From the IMG/VR virus record IMGVR_UViG_3300026975_000005, positions 1-38,697 of that record: 38,697 nt of DNA; one strand, 5' to 3'. Shown piece after piece: positions 8,724-17,309 of this stretch (position 1 is the stretch's first letter; every line of letters starts with the position of its first letter). Both the position numbers and the translations under genes were made by a program. Below the pieces are notes generated by a model that was given only the letters and a program-made list of their open reading frames with translations, was not told the DNA's origin and ran no database searches. The DNA is from a virus (lineage: Duplodnaviria > Caudoviricetes).

Positions 8724-9220
8724 CGGGACCGTTCTCCTATGCTGGTGTCGAGGCCGGGTTCGGTCGACGTGGCCGTAACGGTCTTGGAGACGCGCTTTTC
8801 AGCCCGGATGATGGGGGGACGGTATTCGGAAAATTTCAGTGTGGCCATAATCACGTCGTCCTGATCGGATTCGGACGACGACAGCCCGGAAAAGACCACG
8901 CGCTCAATGCCGCGAGCCGTGACATGCGGGTTCGCCACATCCAGCACACGGGGGTTTGCGCCGTTGTCGTGGCCCCTGAACAGCTCGTCCAGGGAGGCGA
9001 GCTTGTCGTAACAAGTCGTGCTGTCGGTCAGCAGTTCCACCGCCACGGTGATCGCGCAGTCGTCCCACCCCTTGGGCGTCTTGGTCTTGCCGGACAGGGT
9101 GTCGCGTTCGGCCTCGTCAAAAAGGACAGCGCCACGGACACGCATGCTTTTGAGGATGCCCGGTACGAGCTTTGAGCCGAGGCGCACCTCGCCGTGGGAA
9201 AATGTCAACATGCCGTCCAT
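8720..9220 (-). CDS. tail tube initiator-like protein
   Basis: translationally coupled to the tape measure (TGATG); ends ...TLKFSEY; synteny only. Confidence 0.55.
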   Translation of the reverse strand: MDGMLTFSHGEVRLGSKLVPGILKSMRVRGAVLFDEAERDTLSGKTKTPKGWDDCAITVAVELLTDSTTCYDKLASLDELFRGHDNGANPRVLDVANPHVTARGIERVVFSGLSSSESDQDDVIMATLKFSEYRPPIIRAEKRVSKTVTATSTEPGLDTSIGERSR

Positions 9221-11271
9221 CAGGACCATCCTCCATCTTCTTCGCCGGACCCATCGTACAGGGCCACGAGTTGTTGAAGTGCTTTGACAAAAGTATCTGC
9301 ATCTTCAACCCCCGGAAGGGCCACCGTCAGATGCTGGATCACTACGGAATTGCCCGACCGATGGACCGTGGCCCGGTCCGGCGCTGGAGCCTGCGCCTGG
9401 ACCGAGGCCGGTCCTTCGGTAGAGGATGGGGCGGGCGGGGCGACCGCGAGATTCGCGGCCACGGCCACGCCCGTCAATGCGCCGGTGGCGGTGGCGTGCA
9501 ATTGCGGCGCGGCGGCGCGGATGCCGGTGCCGAGCGTTTCCATGATTTTGGAGCCGGACAGGGTGAGCGCGGAAAGCGGCCCCTCCTTGGCGTCGGAAAA
9601 CGGCAGGAGCTGGCGCACTTTGTTCAACCCGGATTTGACCAGATCATACGGCATGGTGATGACCGACCTGATGCCGTCCGCCAGCGTCATGAACAGCTTG
9701 CGGCCCGATTCGGTCAAGTCGATGTCGAACAGGGATTTCAGGCCGTTCCACAGATCTCCGGCGGCGTTGTAAATATCGGTGAAGTAGTAGGCGACCACGC
9801 CCATGACGCCAACACCGGAAAGGATGGAGAAGAAGTCGGCAAAAGCCGCGCCAGCGGATTTGAGGCCCTTCCAGATCACCATGATCCCGGCGGCAAAGAG
9901 ATTCATGATTTCCCGCGCCTTGTCGCACTTGTGGTACAGGGTGACGAGGACGGCCACGAGGCCGACCACGGCCAGGACGATGAGGCCGATGGGGTTGGCG
10001 AAGAGGACGGCATTGAGTGTCGCCCACGCCGTGGTCGCGGCCCACACCACCCCCGTCATGCCGGTCACGGCAATGACGGCCACGGCCAGGACGGCGACCG
10101 TGGCGACCAGAAATTGACCGACCGGATTGCCTGCCAGCACATCCAGGCCACGCACCAGCCATGTTATGGCCTGCGTTACAACCCGGACAGCGGGCAGAAA
10201 AATAGAGCCGAGGGTGATTTGCAAGGATTCCAAGGCGCTGCCAAAGGCCTTGGAGTCGCCAGCCAGATTGTCATTTTGCCGGGCCGCGATCTCGGCGGCG
10301 GTTCCGGCTGCGCTGAGTTGCTGTGCGTACTTGGTGATGCCGCCCGCGCCCGCCTTGTCGAACAGGGCCAAAACTGCGCTCATGGCTTCCGTGCCGAACA
10401 CGGTCTTTGTGAAGGCCATTTTCTGCGCACTGCCCATCTTTTCGGTGGCCCGCGCCATATCGCCGAGGATAGCGATGGGATTGCGCAGATTGCCCACGGC
10501 ATCCATGGTTTCAATGCCGAGAGCCGCCATAGACTTAGCCGCCTCGGATGACGGAGCCGCAAGGCCATTCAGCATAGCGCGGAGCGCTGTACCCGCCTGT
10601 GAGCCTTTGATGCCGACGTTGCCGAGCAGCCCGGCCATGGCGGCGGTTTCTTCCAGAGATACGCCTGCCTTTTCGGCTACCGGCGCGACATATTTCATGG
10701 TTTCGCCCAGCAGTTCCAGGGACGTGTTCGCCGAAGTGAACGTAGCGGTCAGCGTGTCGGCGACACGCGGCATTTGCGCGGCCTGAAGGTTGAACGCGGA
10801 AAGGATGTCAGAGGAAATGTCGGCGGCACGGCCAAGATCGGTTGCCCCGGCGCTCGCCATGTTCAGCACGGCAGGCAGCGCGGCCACGTTCTCCGCTACA
10901 GAGAATCCGGCCATGGCGAGGTACTTCTCGCCCTCGGCCACCTGCATGGCGGACCATGCCGTGGTTGCGCCCAATTCTCGCGCCGCATCGGACAGCTCGC
11001 GCATTTCGGCAGGCGTGGCATTGGAGACCGCGCCCACATTGGACATGGCAGCTTCAAAGTCCGCCGCCGTGGAGATGCATGGCGCTAGCGCCGCCAGCAG
11101 CACTCCCGCCGCCAGCGCAACCGGCAATAAAGACTTGCCGAGCGCAAGAGCGCCGCTGCTCAGGGAAGCGGCGGCCTTGTTGGTGACATTCATCTGCCCC
11201 GTCACCTTTCGTAGTGGGGCGGTGATTATGTCCACCAGCGACATAGATGCTATGACACTGAAAATCTCCAT
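9220..11271 (-). CDS. tail tape measure protein (TP901-type core)
   Basis: ADFEAAMSNVGAV, LGETMKYVAPVA, GIKGSQAGTALR, LLPFSDAKEGPLS; Ala-rich with hydrophobic segments. Confidence 0.95.
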   Translation of the reverse strand: MEIFSVIASMSLVDIITAPLRKVTGQMNVTNKAAASLSSGALALGKSLLPVALAAGVLLAALAPCISTAADFEAAMSNVGAVSNATPAEMRELSDAARELGATTAWSAMQVAEGEKYLAMAGFSVAENVAALPAVLNMASAGATDLGRAADISSDILSAFNLQAAQMPRVADTLTATFTSANTSLELLGETMKYVAPVAEKAGVSLEETAAMAGLLGNVGIKGSQAGTALRAMLNGLAAPSSEAAKSMAALGIETMDAVGNLRNPIAILGDMARATEKMGSAQKMAFTKTVFGTEAMSAVLALFDKAGAGGITKYAQQLSAAGTAAEIAARQNDNLAGDSKAFGSALESLQITLGSIFLPAVRVVTQAITWLVRGLDVLAGNPVGQFLVATVAVLAVAVIAVTGMTGVVWAATTAWATLNAVLFANPIGLIVLAVVGLVAVLVTLYHKCDKAREIMNLFAAGIMVIWKGLKSAGAAFADFFSILSGVGVMGVVAYYFTDIYNAAGDLWNGLKSLFDIDLTESGRKLFMTLADGIRSVITMPYDLVKSGLNKVRQLLPFSDAKEGPLSALTLSGSKIMETLGTGIRAAAPQLHATATGALTGVAVAANLAVAPPAPSSTEGPASVQAQAPAPDRATVHRSGNSVVIQHLTVALPGVEDADTFVKALQQLVALYDGSGEEDGGWS

Positions 11272-11325
11272 GCGGCCAGGATAGCCACATGGAGATTTTA
11301 TTTCAGAAGGGGGTGCGGGCTATGC
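11261..11325 (-). promoter_or_regulatory. putative late promoter with start-codon-occluding hairpin for the tape measure gene
   Basis: box GCATAGCCCGCA (11325-11314), 30 nt, TATCCT (11283-11278), 6 nt, ATG; 16-bp hairpin 11261-11299 includes the ATG; no SD. Confidence 0.55.
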
Positions 11326-11372
11326 TTGCTTTTGATATAGGGAAGCGTAACTAAAGAACTAGAGGGAAATTA

Positions 11373-12269
11373 ATGACTATTTTTTTCAAAAGGCAGAGAC
11401 AGGCAAGAGGTGAAGTCCCTGATGTATATCAGTACGAAGAGTTACCCGACCCTTTACGAGGTCAACTTTGTCATTTATTTGATGACATTTTTCGGAGGCC
11501 ATCTAATGAACTAACCCAGTACGGTCTCAGTTGTCCCAACATCGCTCAGTATGTAGTTGAATATCTTTGCAGAGAGATGGGGGTTTTCCAGCTTGCTGAA
11601 GATCCTTACCCAAGCCATGTCTCTAATTATAGGGATTACGAAAAAGAGCTTAAGATTTTTCTTCTTCAAGAAAATGATGCCGAGTTGGTTCTCAGCGCAG
11701 TTGAAGAAATTTTCGTTTTAATCAATCCAGGCAGTAAGTTGCTTGTCGAGCTCAATTCTCGTTTCAGGGAACATGGTGTTGGATATCAATTTGAGGACGG
11801 GCGTATTCTGCGTATTGACAGTCAATACATTCACCAACAGGCAGTTAAACCGACTCTCTCAATCCTTTCGGACAAAGCCTATTCCGGTCCTCAAGATGAA
11901 TTCCTTTCCGCCCACGAGCACTTCCGTAATGGGCGACATCAAGAAGCTTTGGTCGATGCGCTCAAGGCATTTGAAAGCACAATGAAAGTGATATGTGACA
12001 AGCGGGGATGGGCGTACAGCAACAGTGATACAGCGAAGAAACTTATCGCCATCTGTTTTAAAAGCGGGCTTATCCCTGCCTTTTGGCAAAGTCATCTGAA
12101 CGGGTTGCGGTCCACTCTTGAAGGCGGCGTCCCGACTGTAAGGAATAAAATGGGCGGACATGGACAGGGAACGGAAGTCGTTAATGTCCCGGATCACATT
12201 GCCGCCTACGCATTGCATATGACTGCTTCCACTATTGTTTTTCTCGTAAAGGCTGAGCAAAATTTTTAA
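11373..12269 (+). CDS. AbiJ-related N-terminal domain plus HEPN/Abi C-terminal domain (STM4504/CBY_0614-like), probable anti-phage defence
   Basis: IFFKRQ...DVYQYEELP..LR.Q start; ELN.RFREHGVGYQF; A..DA.KAFESTMK.IC; HEPN-like RNKMGGH (R-x5-H); AT-rich and antisense to the tail operon. Confidence 0.8.
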   Translation: MTIFFKRQRQARGEVPDVYQYEELPDPLRGQLCHLFDDIFRRPSNELTQYGLSCPNIAQYVVEYLCREMGVFQLAEDPYPSHVSNYRDYEKELKIFLLQENDAELVLSAVEEIFVLINPGSKLLVELNSRFREHGVGYQFEDGRILRIDSQYIHQQAVKPTLSILSDKAYSGPQDEFLSAHEHFRNGRHQEALVDALKAFESTMKVICDKRGWAYSNSDTAKKLIAICFKSGLIPAFWQSHLNGLRSTLEGGVPTVRNKMGGHGQGTEVVNVPDHIAAYALHMTASTIVFLVKAEQNF

Positions 12270-12338
12270 TCACAGCTTTAATTTATAGCCCTTTACGGCA
12301 AACAAAATTCTTGGTCCCCATAAACACCAGAGCTAAGC

Positions 12339-12977
12339 ATGAAACTCCAATTGCTCCAAATAACGGGGAAGAATACGACCGACATTTATCCCCTTACCCA
12401 TTTGCTTACAAAACAGCTTGATACAAAGCTCATTAATCTCATTATCAAGTGGCAAACCACTATGGCCTGGGGCGGAGAATTAAAGATTAAAAAGTATAAT
12501 GGGTCGTTCATTCAGTACCAAGGGATCAAGCATAACGGAACAGCCATACGTGTCTTCTGGGGAAATTGGATGAGTGACTATCTTAATAATGAATCTTTGG
12601 AGATACTCAATGAGATTGCGCGAAAGGCTCAAAAAGCAAACTATGATGTCAAAAAATGCGTTGATGAAGCAGCAGAGTTGTTGTGTATAATGGCGAGTCG
12701 TGTATATGACAAGATGGCCGATGTGGATAGTCTCTTACAAGGTGACGGAATCTCTCGTGGAAAACTACGGGATGTATCCGGCTATAAAGCGATATTTAAA
12801 AATTATATCACCTCTCATGCCAAAATTTCTGTGGATCAATTTAGCAGTCAAGCTCCAAAGGGAAATTCTGATATTCATCAACAACCCCTCTTTGAAGCAA
12901 AGCCCGGCATTTGTGGCTTTAAGATCAACTTGATCGAAGCTTATAAGAGATTGTGCAGAAGATTCAAAAGAGATTAA
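12339..12977 (+). CDS. hypothetical protein, second gene of the antisense cassette
   Basis: 212-aa AT-rich ORF co-oriented with the Abi gene; no family recognised. Confidence 0.7.
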   Translation: MKLQLLQITGKNTTDIYPLTHLLTKQLDTKLINLIIKWQTTMAWGGELKIKKYNGSFIQYQGIKHNGTAIRVFWGNWMSDYLNNESLEILNEIARKAQKANYDVKKCVDEAAELLCIMASRVYDKMADVDSLLQGDGISRGKLRDVSGYKAIFKNYITSHAKISVDQFSSQAPKGNSDIHQQPLFEAKPGICGFKINLIEAYKRLCRRFKRD

Positions 12978-12979
12978 AT

Positions 12980-13153
12980 TTAATTTTTTTTCATCTCATA
13001 CCGCTTCTCCAACCACATAGCTTGCGCAGCCTGCCGGGCAAAGACCTCAACAGACGGGGACGGCGACTCATGGAGCCAGTGCTTAATCAGCACGGCGAAT
13101 TGGGTCATGCCGTCCCCGTCTATTTGTTGCAGGTTGCGCTGGATCAGTTTCCC
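12980..13153 (-). CDS. -1 frameshift extension of the tail assembly chaperone (gpGT-like)
   Basis: -1 frame reads KLIQRNLQQIDGDGMTQFAVLIKHWLHESPSPSVEVFARQAAQAMWLEKRYEMKKN* to TAA at 12982-12980. Confidence 0.75.
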   Translation of the reverse strand, partial: GKLIQRNLQQIDGDGMTQFAVLIKHWLHESPSPSVEVFARQAAQAMWLEKRYEMKKN

Positions 13154-13449
13154 AAGTCACCGAATCCGCACGAGCCCATGAGCGCGCCGCCGAAGGTGGA
13201 GGCGAGGCCGGAGTAATCGTCCAGGGCCGTCTTGAGCTGCTCTTTTTCTTCGGGCTGGACCGTTTCCATGATCAGGTTGCGGAAGGCCTGCCCCGCGTTC
13301 TTGAGCACGGATTTCTGTACGCGGTTGACCTGGGGGGTGGAGGGCCGCTTGAAGTGGAAGATGAAGATCACGTCCTTGTCCTTGAAGCGGTCGAAGAATT
13401 CGTGCTTCAGTTCCACATATTTCGTCGCCTTGGTGATATTGTCTGCCAT
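13144..13449 (-). CDS. tail assembly chaperone
   Basis: between tube and tape measure genes; SD GAGG before ATG 13449; ends in a slippery site. Confidence 0.8.
   Translation of the reverse strand: MADNITKATKYVELKHEFFDRFKDKDVIFIFHFKRPSTPQVNRVQKSVLKNAGQAFRNLIMETVQPEEKEQLKTALDDYSGLASTFGGALMGSCGFGDLGN
13147..13153 (-). promoter_or_regulatory. programmed -1 ribosomal frameshift heptamer G GGA AAC
   Basis: in-frame X XXY YYZ directly before the TGA stop of the chaperone. Confidence 0.8.
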
Positions 13450-13482
13450 TGTATCCTCTTTTCTCAAGTTACGTGTTCCGGG

Positions 13483-13911
13483 TTACAGGGCCGCAGTGCC
13501 GCCCCACTTGATGGGGGCAAGTAGTTCGAGGTCGTATTTGATCGCCCCGGCATTGTCGTCGCCCTGGCTGGCGGACGTGTCCTGCTTGGTGATCTTGACC
13601 TTGGGCAGCGTGTCCGTAACCGTGGACATGTCGTCGTTGCCGTAGCTGACCACGACCTGAAAGGGCTCGCCGGAATAGACCGATCCCCCCAGCGCCTTCC
13701 GCAAGGTTTCAGCCTCATCGCGGTCCAGCTCCATGGAAACGGAACCTTTGTAGTTTTTGCGGCCATAGCCGCGAGGCTTGCTGCCCTTGCCGTATCTCGG
13801 TTCCACACTCCGTTCATCACTGTAGCTGATGCTGGTGATGCCCACGGCCACGCCGCTGGGCAGTTGGACTTCGATGCTTTCCCAATCGTAGAGATTGCCG
13901 TTTACAGCCAT
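13483..13911 (-). CDS. tail tube protein
   Basis: NG..YDW.SI, YGKG..P.GYG..NY motifs; follows the sheath gene. Confidence 0.8.
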   Translation of the reverse strand: MAVNGNLYDWESIEVQLPSGVAVGITSISYSDERSVEPRYGKGSKPRGYGRKNYKGSVSMELDRDEAETLRKALGGSVYSGEPFQVVVSYGNDDMSTVTDTLPKVKITKQDTSASQGDDNAGAIKYDLELLAPIKWGGTAAL

Positions 13912-15608
13912 TATGCAGCCTCCTTCAGGCGCGGGTCGAAGTTGGACCCGGCATAGGTGAAGTTGGAATAGAGCTTGATCTTGCGGATGATGGGAACACC
14001 GATCAATGTTTGCTCCACGGCCACGCCGTTGTTGACGATATCCTGGCCGGAGGGGATTTCGATGACGTATGCGATCAACTCCTTCGGCACGGCCTTGGTC
14101 ATGGTATCAAGGGCGTTTTCGATGTTGCCTTTTAGGTAGGCGAGGCCGGAGGCGTTGCCCTCCTGTGTCGGATCGCCCGCTTCGTCGTACATGCTCTTGA
14201 GCGCCGCGATTCGGGCAAGCCGCACCGCCTTGAAGACAACCCGGAGGATTTCCTCGTACTGGTAGTCGCTCGTCGGTTCGGCCAGGGTTTTGGAGTCGCC
14301 CCAGTAGACCCCGGACAGCCCGGCATACATCTTGGCGGACACAGCCCCGGCGTTTTCCAGCGCTTCGTGAATGTCGTTTTCCACCCAGCCGTCGGGCAAC
14401 GTGCCTTGGCTGATGGCACCATCCTTGGTCCGCCCAGTGGCCCGCTGAACCGGGATGGACAGGACGCGTCCGCATTGCAGCCCGCCCCAATTGCGGAGCT
14501 TGCTCAGGCCTGTGGAATCCGAGACCTCGCCGAACGCGACGATGCTCTGTACGAACCGGTGCGAATACGTGGCCCGTTCCACCTTCCAGGCCGCCACCCA
14601 GTCGGACAGATCCTCGTCATCATACGGCAGCCGGAATTCGGTTTTGATGTACGTGGGACGGTGCCGATTCCACAGCTCATCCACCTTGGCTCCGCAAGCC
14701 GCCCAGTCCACGGCATCGCTGGGGCCGACAATGTAGACGAATTCGGGGTCGTACAGGGCGAGCGGAGTTTCCAGTGCGGACATGACCGCCGTGATGGACG
14801 GGACCGGCGCATTCAGGCGGCAATGGTACTCGGTGCCGAGCGTCAGGTCTTCATCCGGGATGGTGATCGTCACGCCGAGCGACGTGACCGGGATTTCGCC
14901 GTCCACCGGGAGCGTGTATATGGAACTCCAATTGTCGCCGCCGTCTTCGGAGAGCTGGTATGTGCCGACGTTGCGGCCTCCCTTAGCTGTCACGAGCAGA
15001 ACCAGTTCGGACGCGGCCTTGACCGTGCCGGTGACGGTGACGGCGGGGCCTTTGCCGATCTGCTCAACCGGGCCGATGGGGCCGCGTACCGTGACGGCAT
15101 ACACATCGTCCTTGATGTGCGCCCCGGCGGCCAGGGTCAGGACGGTGCCGGATTCGCCAAGGGTGATCTGACCGTTGGCCGGAGTGGCCGTGGTGTTTCC
15201 CCACGTATCGCCACCGTCCAGGGACAGCTTGTAGGTGGCGGTGCCGAGTTGTCCGGCCACCACGATCTGAACGACGGCATCCGTGTTGGCACCGGCAACA
15301 CCGCTGGTGGTTGCGTCCGGGCCGTTCCCGGTGTGCTTAACGTTGCCGATGTACCCGCCGGGCAGGCCAGCGACCGGCACGGCGATGACAACCGGCTCCT
15401 GTCCGCCGGTGGCGAAGATGTCGCGCAGGCGGTCAACAAGAGGACCGGTGCCGAGCAGCCCGGTCAGGTCGCTCCGTTTTCCGAGCAGATAGGCCTTGCC
15501 GACCGTGCCCGCCGAACACACGCCCACGACAATAGCGGAGCCGGACACGTCGCCCGGTGCAAGGCCGCTGGTGCCGTCGATGAGATATTCGAATACATCA
15601 TTGCTCAT
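13911..15608 (-). CDS. tail sheath protein (DUF2586-like)
   Basis: start MSNDVFEY at 15608; Y.GLSGVYWGD, SDYQYEEILRVVFKAVR.AR. Confidence 0.85.
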   Translation of the reverse strand: MSNDVFEYLIDGTSGLAPGDVSGSAIVVGVCSAGTVGKAYLLGKRSDLTGLLGTGPLVDRLRDIFATGGQEPVVIAVPVAGLPGGYIGNVKHTGNGPDATTSGVAGANTDAVVQIVVAGQLGTATYKLSLDGGDTWGNTTATPANGQITLGESGTVLTLAAGAHIKDDVYAVTVRGPIGPVEQIGKGPAVTVTGTVKAASELVLLVTAKGGRNVGTYQLSEDGGDNWSSIYTLPVDGEIPVTSLGVTITIPDEDLTLGTEYHCRLNAPVPSITAVMSALETPLALYDPEFVYIVGPSDAVDWAACGAKVDELWNRHRPTYIKTEFRLPYDDEDLSDWVAAWKVERATYSHRFVQSIVAFGEVSDSTGLSKLRNWGGLQCGRVLSIPVQRATGRTKDGAISQGTLPDGWVENDIHEALENAGAVSAKMYAGLSGVYWGDSKTLAEPTSDYQYEEILRVVFKAVRLARIAALKSMYDEAGDPTQEGNASGLAYLKGNIENALDTMTKAVPKELIAYVIEIPSGQDIVNNGVAVEQTLIGVPIIRKIKLYSNFTYAGSNFDPRLKEAA

Positions 15609-15618
15609 GGATTTCCTC

Positions 15619-15816
15619 CTAGAGAGCGCCGCCGCCCTGATGGCGGGTGCGCAGACGGCAAATCGCGCCGTCGAATTCGGCCTGGGTGACCTGTTTGCCT
15701 TCTGCCCATTTTGCGCCAACGCGAAGCGCGGCGAGTTCCCAAGCTGGGATGCCTGCCTCTTCGGCCAGCGTTTCAACGGGGAACAGCGGCGGGGCCTCAG
15801 TCTTGGTCTTGCTCAT
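15619..15816 (-). CDS. small conserved phage protein before the sheath
   Basis: 65 aa, W..GKQVT.AEFD.A; operon packing. Confidence 0.65.
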   Translation of the reverse strand: MSKTKTEAPPLFPVETLAEEAGIPAWELAALRVGAKWAEGKQVTQAEFDGAICRLRTRHQGGGAL

Positions 15817-16336
15817 TGCTTGCCTCCCTGTAATTGGGGGTAATGGTCACGCTCGTGATGAGCGGGATCTCGGTTTCGGTTGTGGTCATGCCGGTGAAGG
15901 TAATGTGGAAGGACTTCGACCGTTTTTTGAAGACTTCCACGGCCTTTGTCGTGAAGCCGCCATACTCGGCCTTGCCCACGGCCACGGTGACGGTGTTGCC
16001 GTTTTCGTCAGTCGAGCGCTTGGGCAGCGCCGCCACGAAACGGCGGGAAAAATCTTTGAGCCATGCCTCATCATCTGCGCGGATCGCGGCCCGCACGGGC
16101 AGGCGTACGGCGTACTTTTCGCGGGTCAGGGTGCGGTGCGTCTTTTCCTTGCCGAGCGTGGGCCGTTTGCGAATCGGTCGGCCTGTGCGGGTGTACTGCT
16201 CGGCCATGTAGGCAATTTCGACACGCTTGTCGGGGAGTGTAATGCCGTCTTTGTCCGGCGCGATCATGACGGCGCTTTCGGGCAGGCCCGCCGCTATGGC
16301 GGCTGCCGTAATAATCTCGGTAGCGACTTGTCTCAC
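15797..16336 (-). CDS. tail completion/terminator-like protein
   Basis: position between gpG and sheath genes; synteny only. Confidence 0.55.
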   Translation of the reverse strand: MRQVATEIITAAAIAAGLPESAVMIAPDKDGITLPDKRVEIAYMAEQYTRTGRPIRKRPTLGKEKTHRTLTREKYAVRLPVRAAIRADDEAWLKDFSRRFVAALPKRSTDENGNTVTVAVGKAEYGGFTTKAVEVFKKRSKSFHITFTGMTTTETEIPLITSVTITPNYREASNEQDQD

Positions 16337-16779
16337 TTGGTGCCTCCCAAAATGCCCACGAGGTGATCGGCAAGGATGGCGCGGGCTTCGTCTATGTCGT
16401 CATCAGAGACGCCGAGATAGGGGCGGGCGGGCAGTTCCACGGCGTGGTTTCGTCCGGCCTTGCCGCCAAGTTGTTGGATGCGGGCATAGACGAGGTTGCT
16501 GCCGACAACCACTTGATCGGGGCTAGCCTCGTAGCCGATGGACCCGCGCAGGCGTCCGGTGTCGACCAACGTTTTGCCGCCTTCCTTCTCGGCTCGCTGC
16601 GAGGGCGTCCACCGGCTGCCGTCCGGGGCCGTAGACGAGTCGAACCGCTCGACGGTGGAGGACACCAGCATTTCGCCGATCTCTTCCATTGCCGCCTTAC
16701 CCTGCCGGGCCTTGGTGACGGCAGTACCGAGCATGCGATCCAGGCCGCCCCAGTCCAGTTTGAAACTCGTGCCGCCCAT
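16333..16779 (-). CDS. virion morphogenesis protein (Mu gpG / P2 gpS family)
   Basis: ERF.....PDGSRW, L.DTGRLR.SI, VG.NLVYARIQQLGG, LPARPYLG. Confidence 0.9.
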   Translation of the reverse strand: MGGTSFKLDWGGLDRMLGTAVTKARQGKAAMEEIGEMLVSSTVERFDSSTAPDGSRWTPSQRAEKEGGKTLVDTGRLRGSIGYEASPDQVVVGSNLVYARIQQLGGKAGRNHAVELPARPYLGVSDDDIDEARAILADHLVGILGGTK

Positions 16780-17201
16780 CACCAGCCCCGCATGTCGATT
16801 TTCGGCTTGCGTGTTTTAACGATCAGATCGCCGGAGCGGGTTTCCTCGCCCAGTTCCTTCAGGCCGATGTTGAGATTGGCTTCGCGGACGGCTTCCAAGT
16901 CCTTGACCGCCTGCTTGTACTGGGTCTGGAGCGGTATCCAATCGTTGTTGCTGCCGCCTTCGCTGGTCATGATGGAGGTGATGCCCCCGACAACGCGGTA
17001 GGAGACGATAACCGCCGCGATCCGTTTGAGGGTTTTGGGGATAGTGGCAAGCGGCAATTCGAAGCGGGCGCGGAGGGCATCATCAATTTCACCGGAGACG
17101 TTTTTAATCGTCTTGTCGACGATGCCGGGCGTCTTGGTCTCGGCGGCGGTCAGATATGCTTCCAGCACATATTCGGTCAAATCGGTCCTTTCGCAGTACA
17201 C
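16779..17201 (-). CDS. Mu gp36-like head-tail joining protein (DUF1320)
   Basis: YC...DL, EID..L.ARF.LPL...P..L, YKQAVKDLEAV. Confidence 0.85.
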   Translation of the reverse strand: MYCERTDLTEYVLEAYLTAAETKTPGIVDKTIKNVSGEIDDALRARFELPLATIPKTLKRIAAVIVSYRVVGGITSIMTSEGGSNNDWIPLQTQYKQAVKDLEAVREANLNIGLKELGEETRSGDLIVKTRKPKIDMRGW

Positions 17202-17223
17202 AGATGCCTTTCCTTTTCGTTTT

Positions 17224-17296
17224 GGACTAGTATTAGACTAGTCCGAAGGGGGTTCCCCGCATAACGGCCCTGCCAGGATGTAAAACGCGGCAGGGC
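17224..17296. repeat. two inverted repeats downstream of the capsid gene
   Basis: GGACTAGT-N5-ACTAGTCC (17224-17244) and GCCCTGCC-N14-GGCAGGGC (17267-17296). Confidence 0.6.
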
Positions 17297-17309
17297 GCGA
17301 ATATGGGCC

